The notes under the pieces were generated by a model that made no database searches, was not told the DNA's origin, and worked only from the letters and a program-made list of their open reading frames with translations. The position numbers and the translations under genes were made by a program. A DNA stretch of 41,063 nucleotides from a virus (taxonomy: Duplodnaviria > Caudoviricetes): IMG/VR virus record IMGVR_UViG_3300037483_000036, positions 1 through 41,063 of that record. One strand, written 5' to 3'. Positions 36,350-41,063 of this stretch are shown one piece after another. Each line of letters starts with the position of its first letter. Position 1 is the stretch's first letter.

Positions 36350-36608
36350 GGTAAATCTCCATCAGAGCATCCCAAGTTTCTTGTGGCATTTTGCACTCAG
36401 GATTAAGTACGGTAGTCGTCCGATAAAGATTAGTCACCTTCGGCTGTAGAGCGTCTTTCAAGTCCGCAACAGCACCGGCAGCGGCTGTATTTGCAACTTG
36501 CTGGATTAGAGCAACGTCTGCTTTCTGATCGTGGCGGCCTTTGAAATATGCCCCCGTGATAGAAGCGACGAACAGAAGTATTCCGGCGAGAATGGAATAC
36601 GGGTTCAT
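36339..36608 (-). CDS. Inner-membrane spanin (Rz-like)
   Basis: MNPYSILAGILLFVASITGAYFKG N-terminal TM, helical body, C-terminal Cys; GGAGGAG RBS. Confidence 0.75.
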   Translation of the reverse strand: MNPYSILAGILLFVASITGAYFKGRHDQKADVALIQQVANTAAAGAVADLKDALQPKVTNLYRTTTVLNPECKMPQETWDALMEIYHAK

Positions 36609-36964
36609 GTTTTCTCCTCCGTAGGTGCGGCTGGTGGATTCTGCCGCGCCTTCATGTATGTTTGGAACACCTGCACGCCGCCGAGGTAGGTTAGAACCAG
36701 CCCGAGCACAGCACAGAACCCGACCACGTCCACGTCCTTGCGCAGCGAGAAAATGAACGTCACGCAGACGCAAAGGAAGATGCCCGTCGCCTGCCCCAAC
36801 TTGGTTAGGTCGGCATACTGCTTGTCGTCCTTTCCGCGCGAGGAAATGAACGGCCACCAATCCACGGGGCTGTCCTTGTCGCTCATCACCGCGCGCAACA
36901 GCACCAACCCGAGAACGCCAAGCAACAGCGCCACCGCATATACCACAAGCATCGGATTGTTCAT
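36605..36964 (-). CDS. Holin-like membrane protein (3 TM)
   Basis: Three hydrophobic segments; between endolysin and spanins. Confidence 0.62.
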   Translation of the reverse strand: MNNPMLVVYAVALLLGVLGLVLLRAVMSDKDSPVDWWPFISSRGKDDKQYADLTKLGQATGIFLCVCVTFIFSLRKDVDVVGFCAVLGLVLTYLGGVQVFQTYMKARQNPPAAPTEEKT

Positions 36965-37563
36965 GCCGCACCCCCCAGAACTTTCAGCGCCGTGCGATAC
37001 GCCGCCAGTCGCTGCGCGTAGCCCAGCGCGTCACCAACGGCGGTGGTCTTGCGTCCACGGTTGATAAGGTCGCATACCCCGTCGAAGTCCGGAATGTCCG
37101 CCCACTTGTTCAGATTGTTTACGTGCCAGAACCACCCGGCCGACCGCGCGGCGTTGCGCGGCTCTTCGAGTAGCATCGGACGGTTGAGTAGGTCCAGCCC
37201 CAACGCCTCGCCACACGCTTGATAGTTGTTGTAGCCCGTAACCTGGATCAGCCCTCGTCCCTTGAACCATGGGCCGGTCGTATTGCCGTGCTTGGCGGCT
37301 ATCGCGACGGCTTCGGGCTCGGTATTGCCTAAATCCTTGCGGTTGGTGTACGCCGTGCCGGACGCCAGTTCAACGACGTACCGAAGCTGGCCGGATTCGT
37401 GCGCGAGGTTGGCAAGGAACGCCGCTCGCCGTAATGGCGTGTTGATCTGGAATTCATCCATCGCCGCGTTAATCGGCTCTATGAAAATGTCCGCGCGCGA
37501 TCTCGCATATGGCATGATCCGTTTCAATTGTTCAGGTTTGATATCAACGCTGCGACTTATCAT
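36961..37563 (-). CDS. Endolysin, glycoside hydrolase family 19
   Basis: AAFLANLAHESG, FKGRGLIQVTGYNNY, SAGWFW. Confidence 0.92.
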   Translation of the reverse strand: MISRSVDIKPEQLKRIMPYARSRADIFIEPINAAMDEFQINTPLRRAAFLANLAHESGQLRYVVELASGTAYTNRKDLGNTEPEAVAIAAKHGNTTGPWFKGRGLIQVTGYNNYQACGEALGLDLLNRPMLLEEPRNAARSAGWFWHVNNLNKWADIPDFDGVCDLINRGRKTTAVGDALGYAQRLAAYRTALKVLGGAA

Positions 37564-37868
37564 TTCGCATCCCTCTTCGGCATCAATTCAACCTTCTGAT
37601 TCACTCCGGATTTAGCTAGGACAAGTTCCATGTAAATCTCTACGCGCTTCAACGTGTCGATTGTGACCATGTTACCTTCTATTCGCGCAATATCTTTCTC
37701 CAATTGTGTCACGCGCATATTGGTCGATCCGATCTCGCGCAAAAATGATTGTTGCGACTCGTACATCTTCCACACGAATAGGCACGCTGCGACAATCAGG
37801 CCTCGAATGGCCCAGTCCACATACCCAGCCACCCGGTGGTTCATGTCCTGCTCGCGTCTCTCAGGCAT
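37560..37868 (-). CDS. Holin/antiholin-like protein (1 TM + coiled coil)
   Basis: Single TM then heptad-rich segment, directly upstream of the endolysin. Confidence 0.5.
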   Translation of the reverse strand: MPERREQDMNHRVAGYVDWAIRGLIVAACLFVWKMYESQQSFLREIGSTNMRVTQLEKDIARIEGNMVTIDTLKRVEIYMELVLAKSGVNQKVELMPKRDAK

Positions 37869-38301
37869 TTTTAACTCGCTTATTGATTGATCGGATCATT
37901 GCTTCGGCAGCATTCGGACCGAACCTCCACGCGTCTTCAATTCCTAGCGATTCGAGAATGGCCTGACTGCAAAACTTCTTATCGTCGTGCCACAAAATGA
38001 ACCCGACGAGGAAGTGCAGATTTCCAATGATATTGTACGCCTTACCTTCGTTACGTATGAACCATGCTCGTGCGAACAATTCATCCGCCCATGGCACTTC
38101 GATTATATCCCACCTGTCAGGATGAAATTCGATGCGCTTGAATCGAACACCGCCATCTTCAAACGAGCTGCTTGCCGATAACCCGTCGCCGAATATCAAC
38201 TCGCAATGCGAATATCGGCCGCACTCCCATCCTCGAACAAGGCGGTTGTAGATTCCGCGCAGTCCTAGGCGTGTAGATTTGTAGAATGCCACTTTCATCA
38301 T
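37861..38301 (-). CDS. Permuted papain-like (NlpC/P60, YiiX/YebB-like) protein
   Basis: YSHCEL (His first), GKAYN, FCSQ (Cys later). Confidence 0.78.
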   Translation of the reverse strand: MMKVAFYKSTRLGLRGIYNRLVRGWECGRYSHCELIFGDGLSASSSFEDGGVRFKRIEFHPDRWDIIEVPWADELFARAWFIRNEGKAYNIIGNLHFLVGFILWHDDKKFCSQAILESLGIEDAWRFGPNAAEAMIRSINKRVKNA

Positions 38302-38918
38302 AGCGCCACCAGTGCGGCGATTGCTGCCGCCTGCGCAGCCTGCGCGTCCGCGACAGTTTGAGCGTTACTGACAGCAATCTTTCCGCCACGACGAGCCTCC
38401 TCAATATCTGCACCCTTTTGCGCGAATGCGGTCTGTGTTGCGATGATATAGTCCGCCGCAAGTTGATATTGTATAGCGCTCGGAGATGATCCGTATATCG
38501 CACGCGCTTCGGCACGCACCATCGGATAGGCCGCGATTGCGGCTGACGGATACCCTGCGGCGATGTACGCTGTTGCGTCGGCGGCTTTCTGCAAATATGT
38601 CGCATCCTGACCCGTTGCGTCGGTGATATATTTGCGACGGGTTGCGCCGGCTTGTGCGTCGATGGTGAGGTGCGCCGCGACCCGCGATTGCGCCAATGTT
38701 TTAACAGGTTCTGCGGCCTCTGCCTGATACGCCGAAATAACTACCGGCGTCCACGTATTTTGTGCCAGAGCCTTTATCTGCGCCACATCGTCAGCAGTTA
38801 AACCGAGCCGTGGCCGCACAGCCAATTCCGCATCGGCGTCGCACCCGGGACATAACCCAACAGCCTCGCCGTTGCTCAGTACATCCAGTATTCCGAACCG
38901 CCCAATAGAAATATCCAC
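38298..38918 (-). CDS. Tail fibre-associated / assembly protein
   Basis: GTG start after GGAGGG; IDAQAGATRRKYIT...GQDATYLQK..A; follows fibre B. Confidence 0.6.
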   Translation of the reverse strand: MDISIGRFGILDVLSNGEAVGLCPGCDADAELAVRPRLGLTADDVAQIKALAQNTWTPVVISAYQAEAAEPVKTLAQSRVAAHLTIDAQAGATRRKYITDATGQDATYLQKAADATAYIAAGYPSAAIAAYPMVRAEARAIYGSSPSAIQYQLAADYIIATQTAFAQKGADIEEARRGGKIAVSNAQTVADAQAAQAAAIAALVAL

Positions 38919-38932
38919 GTTCCCTCCTAGTA

Positions 38933-39673
38933 TCAAGCTGCCGCAATGTAGGTGTATGACTGCGGATACCAAATCATAGTCCCGCTTGCTGTCCACGGTG
39001 TACCGGCTGGATTTGTTTGCAGCGAAATCGCACCAGTGTTTGAAAAACGCACAAGGGATGCAACAGGCAGTCCGCCATTGTCAACAGATACTGAGCTATC
39101 GTAATAGCTCACCTGCGGAGCTAACGACGATGGCAATCCGATCAAGGTCTTGGTAGTGGTGTTGCTCGTCCCTGTTATATTGTCCGCATTGAAACTGAGC
39201 GTGACAACTTTCCCGACTTTCACATACCTGACATCAATCGTTGGGGTTGTCGTGCATCCAGTCAGCGTGAGCGTCACCGTACCCGACGATGTACTGAGCA
39301 CGGCCCGCCAGTTGGTGCCGTCATCAGTCGACGGGCTGTTGCCGACGTTGGTGTTGGTGTGCGAGATGTAGATGATCTCTCCGACTTGTGTCGTGCTGCC
39401 AATGTGATATTCCTGCAGGGCATTCCATTCGGCTACACCCATCTGATGTAGATAGGCGAGAAGCTGGCCAAGCACAAACCCCATCGCGTTGAAATCTTGT
39501 TTCACCGGGTTCTCATTGACGCCAACGATCCCCCAGCCGCGCAGAAAGTACGTGTTGATGTTGGCGTCGAGCGTATCACTCTGCGCTACATCGCCGAACA
39601 CGGTGCGCTCCCCGCCGACGGCATTGGCCCCGAACGCCTTAAGGTTGCCGTTGAATCTGTCGATTTTTGCCAT
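38933..39673 (-). CDS. Tail fibre / receptor-binding protein B
   Basis: Shares first 127 aa with fibre A; distinct C-terminal head (RYVKVGKVVTL...GLPSSLAP); own GGGAG RBS. Confidence 0.82.
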   Translation of the reverse strand: MAKIDRFNGNLKAFGANAVGGERTVFGDVAQSDTLDANINTYFLRGWGIVGVNENPVKQDFNAMGFVLGQLLAYLHQMGVAEWNALQEYHIGSTTQVGEIIYISHTNTNVGNSPSTDDGTNWRAVLSTSSGTVTLTLTGCTTTPTIDVRYVKVGKVVTLSFNADNITGTSNTTTKTLIGLPSSLAPQVSYYDSSVSVDNGGLPVASLVRFSNTGAISLQTNPAGTPWTASGTMIWYPQSYTYIAAA

Positions 39674-39676
39674 TAT
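39293..39676. repeat. 384-bp direct repeat, copy B (partner 40680-41063)
   Basis: 123 bp with 1 mismatch + 107 bp with about 26 mismatches + 154 bp identical; offset 1,387 bp. Confidence 0.93.
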
Positions 39677-39731
39677 GTACTCCCAATGCTCGTTTTATGT
39701 GATAATGGGCGCATCATTTGAAAGGACACCC

Positions 39732-40088
39732 ATGAAAACTATCATTCTTGTTTTGCTTCTCGCCACTATGCCTGCAATGGCGGATGACTGGACGATTGCT
39801 GACAAACAGCGTGAAGCTGTGTATCTGGCGCTCCATGCGATAGACTGGGCGCAGACGCGGACGATTGCGCGGAATCCTGATCGCTGGTACGAGGTGAATC
39901 CGATACTCGGCGAGCATCCGTCGGTTGGGCGTGTGGACGGGTATTTCGCAGTCATGGCGTTAGCACACATTGCCGTCTCCAATGCGCTGCCGACACGATA
40001 CCGCACCGCTTGGCAGTATGTGTCGATTGGTTTCGAGGCCGGCGTGGCTGGTCATAATTTGTCGCTTGGGATTGGGGTTAAGTTTTAA
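39732..40088 (+). CDS. Secreted/membrane protein on the opposite strand between the two fibre genes
   Basis: AAAGGA RBS, TGTGATAAT extended -10 at 39698-39706; signal peptide MKTIILVLLLATMPAMA; D..QT, EVNP motifs; ends LGIGVKF. Confidence 0.78.
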   Translation: MKTIILVLLLATMPAMADDWTIADKQREAVYLALHAIDWAQTRTIARNPDRWYEVNPILGEHPSVGRVDGYFAVMALAHIAVSNALPTRYRTAWQYVSIGFEAGVAGHNLSLGIGVKF

Positions 40089-41060
40089 TTATCCCCGCGC
40101 CACGATTTCCCAATTAGATCCATCGCTAACAAGCTCAGCCCAACTGCCAGCGGTAGCTGGCAGAATCCCCGTGCCCGCAGCGCCACCAGTTATAGGAATC
40201 ACGTTCGCTGATGCGCTTACCACGGCGTTGTTTGTAGTGGTCCGAAAAACGAATGTCATCCCACTATAAGACGCGGCGCTAGGTAACGTGATTGTTACAG
40301 TTCCAGTGAAATTAATACCTTGATAATATCTAAGCGATTTCTCATATCCAGTAGACACAATAAGCGACAAGTCATGCGTTGCTGTTGTTATATATTGCGG
40401 GCTTCCTCCAAATGTTGGAGTGCTTGCCAAGCTATTTGCAATGCGCTGCGATAATGTCGCAGTAGCAGAATTTCCAGAACATGCAGACGCAGTAGCAGAA
40501 TTTCCAGAACATGCAGACGCAGTAGCCGCATTCCACCCGGCGCCGCATAGCGCGGATAATGTCGAAACGATATTCCCCCAGGTACACTTCCGCAGCAGCC
40601 CTGACACACTTTTCCAGCGCCCGAATTCGTCGGCGTCAAGTAGCGTTGCGTCTGATGTGGCGGCGTGTATTGCCGCTGCACTGAGCACGGCCCGCCAGTT
40701 GGTGCCGTCATCAGTCGACGGGCTGTTGCCGACGTTGGTGTTGGTGTGCGAGATGTAGATGATCTCTCCGACCTGTGTCGTGCTGCCAATGTGATATTCC
40801 TGTGTAGCATTCCACTCGGCAACACCCATCTGATGTAGATAGGCAATCAATTGCCCGAGCCCAAAACCCATCGCGTTGAAATCCTGCATGGTGGGGTTCT
40901 CATCAACAGCAACGATCCCCCAGCCGCGCAGAAAGTACGTGTTGATGTTGGCGTCGAGCGTATCACTCTGCGCTACATCGCCGAACACGGTGCGCTCCCC
41001 GCCGACGGCATTGGCCCCGAACGCCTTAAGGTTGCCGTTGAATCTGTCGATTTTTGCCAT
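40089..41060 (-). CDS. Tail fibre / receptor-binding protein A
   Basis: Coupled (TAATG) to the baseplate gene across the circular join; C-terminal TITLPSAAS...LVSDGSNW domain. Confidence 0.85.
   Translation of the reverse strand: MAKIDRFNGNLKAFGANAVGGERTVFGDVAQSDTLDANINTYFLRGWGIVAVDENPTMQDFNAMGFGLGQLIAYLHQMGVAEWNATQEYHIGSTTQVGEIIYISHTNTNVGNSPSTDDGTNWRAVLSAAAIHAATSDATLLDADEFGRWKSVSGLLRKCTWGNIVSTLSALCGAGWNAATASACSGNSATASACSGNSATATLSQRIANSLASTPTFGGSPQYITTATHDLSLIVSTGYEKSLRYYQGINFTGTVTITLPSAASYSGMTFVFRTTTNNAVVSASANVIPITGGAAGTGILPATAGSWAELVSDGSNWEIVARG
40459..40526. repeat. 30-bp tandem duplication encoding ATASACSGNS
   Basis: GCAGTAGCAGAATTTCCAGAACATGCAGAC twice plus a partial unit. Confidence 0.9.
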
Positions 41061-41063
41061 TAT
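40680..41063. repeat. 384-bp direct repeat, copy A
   Basis: Aligns colinearly with 39293-39676. Confidence 0.93.

Noticed and set aside
39489-39731. Extended N-terminus of the 199-aa plus-strand ORF
   Set aside because: It is the antisense of the fibre repeat; RBS and signal peptide place the real start at 39732.
38933-41063. Diversity-generating retroelement or invertible fibre switch
   Set aside because: No reverse transcriptase or invertase; repeats are direct, N-terminal, and mismatches are not adenine-specific.

Overview
This window looks like a complete, circularly assembled genome of a contractile-tailed (myovirus-type) dsDNA phage. Bases 1-127 are repeated at 40937-41063, giving about 40,936 bp of unique sequence. 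The minus strand carries the late module: terS/terL, portal, head, neck, sheath/tube, chaperone with a -1 frameshift site, tape measure, baseplate, two tail fibres, a permuted NlpC/P60 protein and a GH19 endolysin/holin/spanin cassette. The middle carries the replication module: SF2 helicase, HNH, DUF2800-like nuclease, SSB, beta-clamp-like protein, family A DNA polymerase, VRR-NUC, double-HTH TetR-like regulator and primase-polymerase/helicase. No integrase, tRNA, CRISPR array or reverse transcriptase was seen. The most unusual signals are: (1) two tail-fibre genes sharing a mosaic 384-bp N-terminal repeat but with unrelated tips, bracketing a divergent secreted-protein gene as an excisable 1,387-bp unit; (2) short gene stubs missed by the ORF track, namely the starts of an N6/N4 methyltransferase, an internally deleted C5 methyltransferase and an apparently displaced DNA polymerase in front of polA; (3) a 78-bp promoter+RBS direct repeat organising small cargo genes between terS and terL; (4) a 32 x 21-bp heptapeptide-repeat gene flanked by a 15-bp duplication; (5) promoters embedded in inverted repeats. 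Family assignments come from motif recognition and synteny, not database searches.
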